Assembly: GCA_964497795.1 (NCBI GenBank)
Contig: CAZCEZ010000007.1
Coordinates: 3,655-67,654 of the forward strand
Direction: 5' to 3'
Length of the DNA stretch: 64,000 bases
From: an uncultured Acidimicrobiaceae bacterium
GTDB lineage: Bacteria > Actinomycetota > Acidimicrobiia > Acidimicrobiales > Salinilacustritrichaceae
Within the stretch, counting starts at the first letter, position 1. Every line of letters starts with the position of its first letter. The notes beneath the pieces are model-generated. The model did not search any database. It saw only the letters and a program-made list of their open reading frames with translations, and was not told where the DNA came from. Positions 9,186 to 18,268 of the stretch are shown here, piece after piece. A program made the translations under genes and the position numbers.

Positions 9186-10004
9186 GTGCTCGACGGCGAG
9201 CCGATCGCCGACGTCGGCGTCTTCGGCGGCTCGGGCTTCTACGAGTTCCTCGACGGCGCCCGCGAGGTGCACGTGGCGTCGCCCTTCGGCGAACCGGCCT
9301 CGCCCCTGGTCGTCGGCGAGCTCGACGGCCGGCGGGTGGCCTTCCTCCCCCGCCACGGCGCCGACCACCGCTTCCCGCCCCACCGGATCCCGTACCGGGC
9401 CAACGTCGACGTGATGCGCCGGGCCGGCGTGGGCGCCGTGTTCGCGCCCTGCGCCTCCGGGTCGCTCCAGCCCCACGTGGCCCCCGGCTCCTTCGTCGTC
9501 GCCGACCAGCTCGTCGACCGGACCAAGGCCCGGGGCGACACCTTCTGGGACCTGGGCGCCCCCGACGACCCCGCGACGCCGGGCCACGTGCCCTTCGCCG
9601 ATCCGTACCACCCGACGCTGCGCCGGGTGGCGATCGACGCGTGCCGGGCCGAGGGCGTCGACGTGCACGAGACCGGGACCGTCGTGGTGATCGAGGGCCC
9701 CCGGTTCTCGACGCGGGCCGAGTCCCGCTGGTTCTCCTCGCAGGGCTGGGAGGTGGTCAACATGACCCAGCACCCCGAGGCCCCCCTCGCCGCCGAGGCG
9801 GGCCTGCCCTACGCGACGATCGCCCTCATCACCGACTTCGACGCCGGGCTCGAGGACGACCCCGCCGTGCCCCCGGTGACCCAGGACGAGGTCTTCGCCT
9901 TCTTCCGGGCCAACCTGGAGGCGGTGCGCCGGGTGCTGTTCCGGGCCGTCGCCGCCGTCCCCCAGGACCTGATCGACGCCACCCGCCGCGCCCGGGTCGC
10001 CTGA
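9186..10004 (+). CDS. mtnP: S-methyl-5'-thioadenosine phosphorylase
   Basis: GTG at 9186, 2 nt after the fmdB stop. 'VGVFGGSGFYEF', 'VAFLPRHGADHRFPPHRIPYRANV', 'VNMTQHPEAPLAAEAGLPYATIALITDFD'. Confidence 0.9.
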   Translation: MLDGEPIADVGVFGGSGFYEFLDGAREVHVASPFGEPASPLVVGELDGRRVAFLPRHGADHRFPPHRIPYRANVDVMRRAGVGAVFAPCASGSLQPHVAPGSFVVADQLVDRTKARGDTFWDLGAPDDPATPGHVPFADPYHPTLRRVAIDACRAEGVDVHETGTVVVIEGPRFSTRAESRWFSSQGWEVVNMTQHPEAPLAAEAGLPYATIALITDFDAGLEDDPAVPPVTQDEVFAFFRANLEAVRRVLFRAVAAVPQDLIDATRRARVA

Positions 10005-10109
10005 CCGGACGGCCGGGTCGCGCCCGGCCGGTAGCCTGGCGCCGCGGCCCCGGGGCCGTGACCGCTTCCCCCTCCGCCGGCCCGCTGCCCGGGTCCGTGC
10101 CCCCTGGAG

Positions 10110-10739
10110 GTGGACGTGCGTCCCGCACCCGCCCGGTTCCCCGTCCTCGCCCGACCGTCGCGCCGAGCGCTCGCCGCCGGCCTCCTCGCCGTGCTCGCCG
10201 GCCTCCTCGCCCACGGGCTCGTGACCCGGGCCCGGCAGGAGGCGGCCGCGTGGGGGCCCGGCGTGCCCGCCTGGGTCGCCACCGTCGACCTCGACGCGGG
10301 CGACGTGCTCGCCCCGGGCGACGCCGTGCTCGTCGACCGGCCCGGCGCCGCCGTGCCGGGCGCCGCCGTCGGCGACGACCCGACCGGCCGCACGGCCACG
10401 GCGGCGCTCGCCGCCGGGGAGGTCGTGCTCGCCACCCGCCTGGCCGGGCCCGGGGCGACCGGTCCCGGCGCCCTCGTGCCCGACGGGTGGCGGGCCGTCG
10501 CCGTGGCCCAGCACGACGGCGTCCTGCCCCTCGAGCCGGGCGACGTGGTCGACGTCGTCGCCGCGCTCGGCCCCGGGGCCGGGTCGGGCGGCGGTGGTGC
10601 CGTCGTCGTGGCCGCCGGCGCCGTCGTGGTGCACGTGGCCGAGGACGCCACCGTGGCCGTGGCGGTGCCGGCCGGGGCGGTCCCCCGCCTGGCCGCCGCC
10701 CTCGTCAGCGGCGTCGTCCGCCTCGCCCTGGTGCGCTGA
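10110..10739 (+). CDS. SAF-domain / CpaB-like membrane-anchored protein
   Basis: N-terminal TM 'ALAAGLLAVLAGLLAHGLV', then a SAF-like 'VATVDLDAGDVLAPGDAVLV...AALAAGEVVLATRLA'. GGAGG lies upstream of the GTG. Confidence 0.55.
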   Translation: MDVRPAPARFPVLARPSRRALAAGLLAVLAGLLAHGLVTRARQEAAAWGPGVPAWVATVDLDAGDVLAPGDAVLVDRPGAAVPGAAVGDDPTGRTATAALAAGEVVLATRLAGPGATGPGALVPDGWRAVAVAQHDGVLPLEPGDVVDVVAALGPGAGSGGGGAVVVAAGAVVVHVAEDATVAVAVPAGAVPRLAAALVSGVVRLALVR

Positions 10740-11364
10740 CCACGCCGACCGACTCCGACCAGCTCGCCTGCTCCTGCTCGACGCCGCTGCGCCGGCGCAG
10801 CTCGAGGATCTCCCGGACCTGGGAGGCGACCCGGCCGAGCGACGTCAGCTGCGCCTCCGTGAAGTGGTGCGGCTCGGTGTCGAGCACGCACACGGTGCCC
10901 ACGGCCGACCCGTCGTCGAGCACGAGGGGGATGCCGGCGTAGGCGCGCAGGTGCGGGCTCCCGGTCACCAGCGGGTTGTCGCGGAAGCGGTGGTCCTCGT
11001 GGGTGTCGGTGACGACGAGGGGCTCGCGCTCCTCGACGGCGAGCTGGCAGAAGGCGATCTCCCGGGCCGTCTCCCGCAGCTCCGTGCCGTGGGCGGCCTT
11101 GAACCACTGCCGTCGCTCGTCCAGCAGGCTGAGCAGCGCGACGGGGGTGCCGCACACCTCCGCGGCGAGGGCCACGGCGTCGTCGAAGACGTCCTCGGCC
11201 GGGGTGTCGAGCACGTGGCACGCCCGCAGGGCGCGGAGGCGACGGCGCTCCACCTCGTCGGGGGCGGTGCCGCCGACGTCGCGGCCTTGGCCGAGGCGAC
11301 CGGATCGGGGGGCGTGCGGGTCCTGCACGGCCCCCATGCTCCTCGCCGGGGGCTCGTCGCGCAA
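10705..11364 (-). CDS. GAF domain-containing protein
   Basis: 'ERRRLRALRACHVLDTPAEDVFDDAVALAAEVCGTPVALLSLLDERRQWFKAAHG...FCQLAV...LRAYAGIPL' is a typical GAF sensor pattern. Confidence 0.75.
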   Translation of the reverse strand: MRDEPPARSMGAVQDPHAPRSGRLGQGRDVGGTAPDEVERRRLRALRACHVLDTPAEDVFDDAVALAAEVCGTPVALLSLLDERRQWFKAAHGTELRETAREIAFCQLAVEEREPLVVTDTHEDHRFRDNPLVTGSPHLRAYAGIPLVLDDGSAVGTVCVLDTEPHHFTEAQLTSLGRVASQVREILELRRRSGVEQEQASWSESVGVVSAPGRGGRRR

Positions 11365-11389
11365 GGGGTGGGCGCGCCCGCTGCCCGGC

Positions 11390-12232
11390 TCAGGCCCGGA
11401 AGCCTGCGGCCACCAGGGCGATGACGCCGAGGCCGACCACGACCCGGTAGGCGACGAAGGGGGCGAAGGTCCGGGTCTGCACGAAGCGGATCGTGCCCCA
11501 CACCGCGGCGTAGCCGGTCAGGGCCGAGGTCAGGATGCCCACGGCGAAGGGCAGGAGGAAGTCCGACGGGATGCCGCCCTCGCCGAGCACGTCGAGGAGC
11601 TTGTACGCGCCGGCCCCGGCGATGATCGGCAGGCTCATCAGGAACGACAGGCGGGCCGCGGCGGCACGGTCGAAGCGCAGCGCCCGGGCCACGGTGATGG
11701 TCACGCCCGAGCGGGACACCCCGGGCTGGAGGGCGAGCGCCTGACCGATCCCCATGAGCAGGGCGTCGCGCAGGCGGAACGACGCCGTCTCCCGCGGGCC
11801 GCCGAGCCGGTCGGCGACGGCCAGGAGGAGACCGCCGGCGATGAGCATGGCCCCGATGAGCCAGTACACGTCGTCGAGCCGCTCGATGGTCGAGTCGAGC
11901 GCCACACCGGTGATGCCGGCCGGGACCGCCGACACGACCAGCAGCCAGGCGACGGCGCCCTCGGGGGGCGCGCCGATCCGGTTGCGGGGCACGAGCAGCT
12001 TCACGCCCTCGCGGGCGTAGACGACCAGGTCGCCGGCGAAGTAGGCGATGGCGCCGGCCAGGGTCCCCAGGTGCAGTGCGACATCGAAGGTCTTGGCCAG
12101 CGAGTCGTCGCCCGCGAAGTCGTCCCACCCGGCGATCCACGGCACCAGGGCGAGGTGCCCCGAGGACGAGATCGGGAGGAACTCCGAGAGCCCCTGGACG
12201 ATGCCGAGGACGATGGCGTGGACGATGGGCAC
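11390..12232 (-). CDS. uppP: Undecaprenyl-diphosphate phosphatase
   Basis: 'GIVQGLSEFLPISSSGHL', 'PGVSRSGVTI'. Confidence 0.92.
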   Translation of the reverse strand: MPIVHAIVLGIVQGLSEFLPISSSGHLALVPWIAGWDDFAGDDSLAKTFDVALHLGTLAGAIAYFAGDLVVYAREGVKLLVPRNRIGAPPEGAVAWLLVVSAVPAGITGVALDSTIERLDDVYWLIGAMLIAGGLLLAVADRLGGPRETASFRLRDALLMGIGQALALQPGVSRSGVTITVARALRFDRAAAARLSFLMSLPIIAGAGAYKLLDVLGEGGIPSDFLLPFAVGILTSALTGYAAVWGTIRFVQTRTFAPFVAYRVVVGLGVIALVAAGFRA

Positions 12233-12287
12233 GGGGATCTGGTCCGGGTCGGGCGGCGGGACGCCGGGGGCGCCGGCCCTGCGGTGT

Positions 12288-13661
12288 CTAGCGCCCGGAG
12301 AGGGTGACGCCCGGGATGAGGAGGGTGACGCCGCCGGTGCCGCCCGGCTGCCACTCGACGTCCGCGCCGACGTGGGACACGTCGAGCAGGAGCCGCTGCA
12401 GCGTCGAGGCCAGCGTGGCCTCCTTGATCGGCTCGGCCCGCTCCCCGCCCCGGACCCGGAGGCCCTCGACGGAGACGGAGAAGTCGCCCGAGATCGGGTT
12501 CACGCCCGAGTGGAGGCCGCCCAGGTTGGAGGCGAGCACGCCGTCCTCGACGGTGGCGAGGAGGGACTCGAGATCGCCCTCGCCCGGGGCCACGGTCAGG
12601 GCCCGGGCCGAGATCGAGGGACGGGACGAGATGCCCCGGGCCGCCGACGCGGTGGACGTCGTGCCGGCCCGCCGGGCCGACGCCGTGTTGTGGAGGAAGC
12701 CCTCGAGGACCCCGTCGGCCAGCAGCGGGACCCGCCGTGAGGCCAGCCCCTCGTCGTCGTGGGTGCTGGCGCCGAGCGACGCCGGGTTGGTCGGGTCGTC
12801 GACGATCGTGAGCAGCGGCGAGCCGACCTGCTCCCCCACGCGGTTGGCGAAGGGCGACCGGCCCTTGGCCACGGCCTCGCCGCCCAGCATCCCGGACACG
12901 ATGCCGAGCAGCGTGGCGGTCAGGCGCGGCTCGAGGATCAGGGTGACGGTCGCCGACTCCGGCTTGGTCGAGCCGATCTTGGCCAGCAGGCGCTCGACGG
13001 CGTCGTCGGCCGCCTCCTGGACCGAGACCTCCGACGGGCCGCGGCCCACCGACATGCCGCCGGCGATGACCGAGGCGTCCCCGTCGTCGGCCAGGGCCGA
13101 CACCGAGCAGTAGGCGATGGTGCGGCGCCCGCCGACGGAGATGCCCGTGGAGGTGGCGACTGCGAACGCCGACTCCGCGTCGGTGTAGCTGGCGGCGCGC
13201 ACGCCCCGGACGCGGGGGTCGGCGCCCCGCACCAGCCGCTCGAGCTCGATGGCCCGGGCCACCTTCTCGTCGGTCGCCGTGCGGAGCACGTCGTCGTCGT
13301 AGGGGTCGAGGTCGACGGCGGCCACGCCGTCGGGCTCGGCCAGCCCGGCCCACTCGTCGGGCTCGGCGAAGGGCAGGTTGTCACGGGCCTCGGCGAGGGT
13401 CTCGGCCACGATGGCGTCGTCGAGGCTGGTCGCCCACGCGAAGCCGGTGCGGCCGTCCTTGACGACGCGGATGCCGATGCCGGCCGAGCCGGCCTGCGTG
13501 AGGGACTCGATCTCGCCCTGGTAGGCGTCGACCTCGGTCCGGGTGCCGGTGGCCACGTAGGCCTCGACCTGCTCGCCCGGCGCGGCCTGCGCGGCGACCC
13601 GGTCGGCGAGGGCCCGGAGGGAGGCGACGTCGGCGCCGGTGATCGGTTCGGTGGTGGTCAT
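12288..13661 (-). CDS. pmbA: PmbA/TldE-family metalloprotease partner (no HExxxH)
   Basis: ATG at 13661 with GAGGAG upstream. 'GIGIRVVKDGRTGFAWAT', 'SGDFSVSVEGLRVRGGE'. Confidence 0.85.
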   Translation of the reverse strand: MTTTEPITGADVASLRALADRVAAQAAPGEQVEAYVATGTRTEVDAYQGEIESLTQAGSAGIGIRVVKDGRTGFAWATSLDDAIVAETLAEARDNLPFAEPDEWAGLAEPDGVAAVDLDPYDDDVLRTATDEKVARAIELERLVRGADPRVRGVRAASYTDAESAFAVATSTGISVGGRRTIAYCSVSALADDGDASVIAGGMSVGRGPSEVSVQEAADDAVERLLAKIGSTKPESATVTLILEPRLTATLLGIVSGMLGGEAVAKGRSPFANRVGEQVGSPLLTIVDDPTNPASLGASTHDDEGLASRRVPLLADGVLEGFLHNTASARRAGTTSTASAARGISSRPSISARALTVAPGEGDLESLLATVEDGVLASNLGGLHSGVNPISGDFSVSVEGLRVRGGERAEPIKEATLASTLQRLLLDVSHVGADVEWQPGGTGGVTLLIPGVTLSGR

Positions 13662-13684
13662 GTCGTGCTCCTCTGCGCCGCGGC

Positions 13685-15076
13685 TCAGGCCGCGGTCCCG
13701 CCGATGGTCAGCTGCGCGACGCGCAGGGTGGGGCAGCCGTCGCCGACGGGCACGCCCTGGCCGTCCTTGCCGCACGTGCCGGGCCCGCCGAAGGCGAAGT
13801 CGTCGGCGATGACCTCGATGTCGGCCAGGCACTGGGGGCCGTTGCCGATGAGGTTGCCCTCGCGGATCGGCTCGGTGATCTCGCCGTCCTCGATCAGGTA
13901 CGCCTCCTGCATGCCGAACACGAAGTCGCCCGACGCCGTGTTGACCTGCCCGCCGCCGAGCTTGGCGACGTAGACGCCCCGCGGCGTGCCGGCGATGACC
14001 TCCTCCGGGGTCGCGGTCCCGTTCTCGAGGAACGTGTTGGTCATCCGGACCATCGGGAGGTGCTGGTAGGACTGGCGGCGGCCGTTGCCGGACAGGTCAC
14101 GCCCCTCCTTGCGGTTGCGCAGGAAGTCCCACATGTAGTCGGTGAGGACGCCGTCCTCGATGAGGACGTTGCGCTGGGCGGGGGTGCCCTCGTCGTCGAC
14201 GGCGAAGGCGCCCCACTCCTCGGCGATCGTGCCGTCGTCCACGAGCGTGACGCCCCGGGCCGCGACCTGCTCGCCGACGCGGTTCGCGTAGACGCTGGCA
14301 CCCTTGTCGACGAGGTCCTTCTCGAGGCCGTGGCCGCACGCCTCGTGGAACAGCACGCCGCCCGACCCGGCGCCGATGACGACGGGCAGCTGGCCGGCGG
14401 GGGCGGGACGGGCCCGCAGCTTGGTGATGGCCTGCTCGGCGGCGACGGCGGCGAAGGCCTCGACGTCGATCCGGTCGAACAGCTCCCACCCGATCGTCAG
14501 CCCGATCGTGTTGCGACCGGTCTGCATGCCGGTGTCGCCGGTGGCCACGGCGCTGACCGAGAAGAAGGTGCGGACCTGGTCGTCGGTGGTGAGCAGGCCG
14601 TCGGAGTTGGCCACGAGGATCCGGCGACGGCTGCCGCCGACGCCCGCGCTGACCTGGGAGATCTCCCGCCCCGCGGCCCGCGCCGCCTCGTCGGCCCGCC
14701 GCAGGACGGCGACCCGGTCGGCCTTGGGCACGTCGTCGAGGAGGATCTGCGGGTCGGAGGGGTTGGCGTGGCTGGTGCGGGTGAGGGCCACCTCGCGCAC
14801 CCCGCCGCCGCCCTGGCGGGCGGCGGCCGACGCGGCCTCGGCGGCGCGCAGCAGCCCGGCCTCGGAGAGGTCGGCGGTGTGGGCGAAGCCGGTGGTGTCG
14901 CCGACGACGACCCGGATGCCGGCGCCTCGGTCGCGACCGGAGGACAGCTGCTCCACCCGGCCGTCGTCGAGCATCGCGTTGCCGTTCTGCTTGTCCTCGG
15001 CGAAGACCTCGGCGAACTCGCCGCCGGTCTGGAGCGCCTTGTGCAGGACTCGCTGGAGCGTGGGCTCCTCGATCAT
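13685..15076 (-). CDS. tldD: TldD metalloprotease
   Basis: ATG at 15076 with GGGAGG upstream. Metal motif 'HEACGHGLE', plus 'GIRVVVGDTTGFAHT' and 'SGDFVFGMQEAYLIEDGE'. Confidence 0.9.
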   Translation of the reverse strand: MIEEPTLQRVLHKALQTGGEFAEVFAEDKQNGNAMLDDGRVEQLSSGRDRGAGIRVVVGDTTGFAHTADLSEAGLLRAAEAASAAARQGGGGVREVALTRTSHANPSDPQILLDDVPKADRVAVLRRADEAARAAGREISQVSAGVGGSRRRILVANSDGLLTTDDQVRTFFSVSAVATGDTGMQTGRNTIGLTIGWELFDRIDVEAFAAVAAEQAITKLRARPAPAGQLPVVIGAGSGGVLFHEACGHGLEKDLVDKGASVYANRVGEQVAARGVTLVDDGTIAEEWGAFAVDDEGTPAQRNVLIEDGVLTDYMWDFLRNRKEGRDLSGNGRRQSYQHLPMVRMTNTFLENGTATPEEVIAGTPRGVYVAKLGGGQVNTASGDFVFGMQEAYLIEDGEITEPIREGNLIGNGPQCLADIEVIADDFAFGGPGTCGKDGQGVPVGDGCPTLRVAQLTIGGTAA

Positions 15077-15190
15077 CGGTGCCTCCCTGGGCAACGTCGG
15101 GGTGGGGTGGGGACAGGGTCGCGCAGCGCCGCCGGGCGTGCCGGGCGGGCCGTGACGGCGCGCGGGCCGTCGACGACGTAGCGTGCGGAC

Positions 15191-15571
15191 GTGGGAGCAC
15201 TGCAGACCGGACTGTCCGCCGCGGTGGAGCTCGTGGTGGGCGAGGGCGACACCGCCATCGCCATCGGCTCGGGCGACGTCCCGGTGCTGGCCACGCCCCG
15301 CCTGGTGGCGCTGTGCGAGCAGGCCGCGGTGGAGGCGCTCGCCGGCCAGCTGCCGGAGGGCTCCACCTCGGTCGGCATGCGGGTGCAGGTCGACCACCTG
15401 ATGCCCACGGCGGTCGGCCTGTCGGTCCGTGCCGAGGCCACGCTCGAGAAGGTCGCCGGGCGCCGGCTCACCTTCACGGTGTCGGCCTCGGACCCCCGGG
15501 GGCTCGTGGCCGCCGGGCGCGTCACCCGCGTCGTGGTCGACGTCGAGCGGTTCCTCGAGAAGGCGCGCTGA
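15191..15571 (+). CDS. Hotdog-fold thioesterase (FlK-like family)
   Basis: 'GSGDVPVLATPRLVALCEQAAVEAL', 126 aa. Confidence 0.7.
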   Translation: MGALQTGLSAAVELVVGEGDTAIAIGSGDVPVLATPRLVALCEQAAVEALAGQLPEGSTSVGMRVQVDHLMPTAVGLSVRAEATLEKVAGRRLTFTVSASDPRGLVAAGRVTRVVVDVERFLEKAR

Positions 15572-15575
15572 ACCG

Positions 15576-16010
15576 TCACGACTGGAGCACCTCGGTCACG
15601 CTGAGCTGGCCGGGCCGGTAGCTGCCCGCGACCGTCACCTCGTCCCGCGACCAGGCCGGGGCGTCGTCGGGGACGGCGAGGTCGAGCCGGCTCGGGTCCA
15701 GACCGACCAGGTCGATCGCCACGCCCTCGCAGTAGGGCGGGTCCTCCCGGTCCCGGGCCGAGCACAGGATCGAGCGCCGCTCACCGACGAAGACGTAGCC
15801 GGTCACGACGACCTGCTCCTCGGGCGCGACCAGCTCGAGCACCTCCTGCACCGACAGCGCGTCCTCCGCGACGTCGGCCACGTCGGGCCCCGCGTCGCCG
15901 TCGAAGAAGACGACGAGGATCAGCGCGACGACGGCGAAGCCGAGCGCGGCGGAGACCACCGACTGGACCAGGACGCGGGTGCGCGTCGTGCGACGGCGGC
16001 CCGGGCTCAC
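15576..16010 (-). CDS. Hypothetical membrane-anchored protein (last gene of the long operon)
   Basis: N-terminal 'RRRTTRTRVLVQSVVSAALGFAVVALILVVFF' TM anchor. The start overlaps the upstream stop (GTGA at 16007-16010). Third-position GC is high. Confidence 0.55.
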   Translation of the reverse strand: MSPGRRRTTRTRVLVQSVVSAALGFAVVALILVVFFDGDAGPDVADVAEDALSVQEVLELVAPEEQVVVTGYVFVGERRSILCSARDREDPPYCEGVAIDLVGLDPSRLDLAVPDDAPAWSRDEVTVAGSYRPGQLSVTEVLQS

Positions 16011-16555
16011 GCCCGGTCGACGGCCACGACGGTGCGGCTCGCGACGTCGATGGTCAGGACGGCCGCCGTCGGCAGGTCGGGCAGGTCGAGGTCGTCGGCC
16101 GCGGCCAGGACGATCCCGCTGTCGAGGACCAGGCGACCGTCCTCGGCCGACCGGAGCGAGCCGGTGACGTAGGCGAGGTCCGGGTCACCCGGGACGCGCA
16201 CCACCGAGGCGATGCTGCCGAGCCAGACGACCTCGCCGTCCTGGATGCCGACCTGGACGTAGTTGCCCTCGTAGCGGCCCACGGGCTGGAGGGAGCCGTC
16301 GCCGGCCGCGAAGGACTGGAGGTCCTCGTGGACGTCGTAGGTCCGGTCGTCGTCCAGGGTCAGGCTCGTGAAGTCGTCGGCGACCTCGACCAGGACGCCC
16401 TCGGCGTCGGGGACGCGGGGGGAGCCGTCGAGGGGCACGAACAGCTCCGGTGCGCCGTCGTCGTCCCCTCCGCCGCAGGCCGCCCCACCGAGGGACAGGA
16501 GCGCGGCCAGGGCGACGAGGCCGACGAGGGCCCGGATCCGGCGGTCGGCGCGCAC
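16007..16555 (-). CDS. Hypothetical lipoprotein
   Basis: GTG at 16555, 1 nt after the upstream stop. Signal/lipobox 'RIRALVGLVALAALLSLGGAAC|GGGDDDG'. Confidence 0.6.
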   Translation of the reverse strand: MRADRRIRALVGLVALAALLSLGGAACGGGDDDGAPELFVPLDGSPRVPDAEGVLVEVADDFTSLTLDDDRTYDVHEDLQSFAAGDGSLQPVGRYEGNYVQVGIQDGEVVWLGSIASVVRVPGDPDLAYVTGSLRSAEDGRLVLDSGIVLAAADDLDLPDLPTAAVLTIDVASRTVVAVDRA

Positions 16556-16556
16556 G

Positions 16557-17747
16557 TCAGCTGTCCGTCCCGGCGGCCGGGGCACCGGTGGTGGTCGCGT
16601 CGGTCGACCCGTCGGCCGGGTCGCCCTCGTCGCCGGCCGCACCGTCGACGACGGGCTTCACGCCGAGGTTGACGAGCACGGCGAGGTCGGCCTCGATCGT
16701 GTCGTCCTCGGGGAGCTCGACGGCGAGGGACGGATCGCCGACGTCGAGCAGCTCGTAGGACGTGGAGCGGAACCGGATGCGGGGATCGCCCCGCAGGTCG
16801 AGGAACGTGTTCAGGCCCTCGAGCAGGAACTGGCCGAGCTCCTCGCCCTCGAGCTGGCCGACGGTGGCCTGGAAGCCGTCGCGGATCTGGTCCGGCGCGT
16901 TCTCCGAGACGAGGCGGACCATGTAGTCCTCGAAGTCGTCGAGCCGGGACGGGGTGAGGCCGATGTCCTCCATGACGCGGATGACCTGGCCGTCCTTGAC
17001 GTAGACGACCATCTTCCGGAAGACGGCCTCGCCGGGCAGGTCGCCGTTCTGGGCCTCGGCCGCGGTCGGGAAGTTCGGCTGGACCAGGTCGTAGCGGGTG
17101 ACGCCCGATCCCTCCTCGGGGAGGGGGAAGGGGTCCTCGTCGGCGCGGTACACCAGGCTGATCGAGTCCGGGTCGTACTCCACGAAGACGACCTCTGTCG
17201 CCAGCGTCGCCCGGCGGGCCCGTCCGAGCTGGCGGAAGGCGTCGAAGATCGGGTCCACGCCGGGGTCGGTGGCGGCGTCGACCGACACGAGCTGGGGCGG
17301 CGCGCCGCCGGGGTCGACGACCCACCGGCGGGCCTGCAGGGCGTCGAACACGGAGATGCCGTCGAGCTCGGTCTCGGTGTCGACGAGGCCCGTCATGTCC
17401 TTGTCCACGAACCGGCCGAGCTCGCCCGGCTGGAGGAAGCGGACGGCGACGACGTCGTCGGACACGACGCGCTCCAGGACCGGCTCGCCGTCCTCGAGGA
17501 GGCGGGCCTGGTAGCGGAAGTCGTCCTCGACGATCCCCTGGACGACGGTGGTCCGACCGGAGGGCGTGACCTCCTGGTACACGAAGCGGTGCGCCTGCAG
17601 GGCCGTCTCGTCGAGGACGTCGCGCACCTCCTCGGAGTCGGTGTCGTCCTGCGCGCAGGCGCCGGCCAGCACGCCGAGCAGACCGACGAGCACGGCGATG
17701 CGGGCCCAGCGTCGACGGGGGTGGGACCGGGGCGTTCGGCCGATCAC
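16557..17747 (-). CDS. Hypothetical lipoprotein (396 aa)
   Basis: GTG at 17747 overlaps the upstream stop (GTGA). 'RRRWARIAVLVGLLGVLAGAC|AQDD'. No family recognised. Confidence 0.65.
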   Translation of the reverse strand: MIGRTPRSHPRRRWARIAVLVGLLGVLAGACAQDDTDSEEVRDVLDETALQAHRFVYQEVTPSGRTTVVQGIVEDDFRYQARLLEDGEPVLERVVSDDVVAVRFLQPGELGRFVDKDMTGLVDTETELDGISVFDALQARRWVVDPGGAPPQLVSVDAATDPGVDPIFDAFRQLGRARRATLATEVVFVEYDPDSISLVYRADEDPFPLPEEGSGVTRYDLVQPNFPTAAEAQNGDLPGEAVFRKMVVYVKDGQVIRVMEDIGLTPSRLDDFEDYMVRLVSENAPDQIRDGFQATVGQLEGEELGQFLLEGLNTFLDLRGDPRIRFRSTSYELLDVGDPSLAVELPEDDTIEADLAVLVNLGVKPVVDGAAGDEGDPADGSTDATTTGAPAAGTDS

Positions 17748-18268
17748 GGCTGGATCTCCAGTGCCTCGCGGAGCAGCGATCGGCCGCCCTCGTAGCCGTC
17801 GCGGGTCGACAGCAGGAACAGGTGGTCGTCGTCGAACCAGATCGTCAGCGTCTGGCGGTCGGCACCGGCCACGTAGAGCTCGGTGCCGCCCATCCGGAAC
17901 TGCGCCGCGCCCGCGCTGACGCGGTTCACCAGGCTGGCGCGGAAGGTCTCGTCGTCGGCGTCGACGTCGTCGGCGAAGCGGCCGATCTGCAGCGTGGCCT
18001 GCAGCAGGTCGTCCTCCCGGAACGAGTAGAGGCCGGCGGCCTCGAGGTACGGCCGCTGGGCGCCCGACAGCGTGTCGGCGATGTCCTCCTCCTCGACGGC
18101 CAGGCCGTTCACCTCGAGGGGGATCGACGCGTCGAGCTCGGCGATCGTCCGGTCGTCGGCGGCCGACACGGCACCGTCGTCGCCTCCGCTGCACGCACCG
18201 ACGAGCGCGGCCGCGGCCACGACCGGCGCGAGGGCCCGCCGCAGGGGGGTCCGGGACGTCACCGTCAC
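17744..18268 (-). CDS. Hypothetical lipoprotein (174 aa)
   Basis: 'LRRALAPVVAAAALVGAC|SGGDDG'. GTGA overlap with the cupredoxin-like gene stop. Confidence 0.65.
   Translation of the reverse strand: MTVTSRTPLRRALAPVVAAAALVGACSGGDDGAVSAADDRTIAELDASIPLEVNGLAVEEEDIADTLSGAQRPYLEAAGLYSFREDDLLQATLQIGRFADDVDADDETFRASLVNRVSAGAAQFRMGGTELYVAGADRQTLTIWFDDDHLFLLSTRDGYEGGRSLLREALEIQP

Noticed and set aside
12288-15076. TldD/PmbA pair as a maturation protease belonging to the long operon
   Set aside because: The pair is separated from the operon end (15576) by a convergent thioesterase gene and has its own divergent promoter region (15077-15190). It looks like an independent housekeeping pair.
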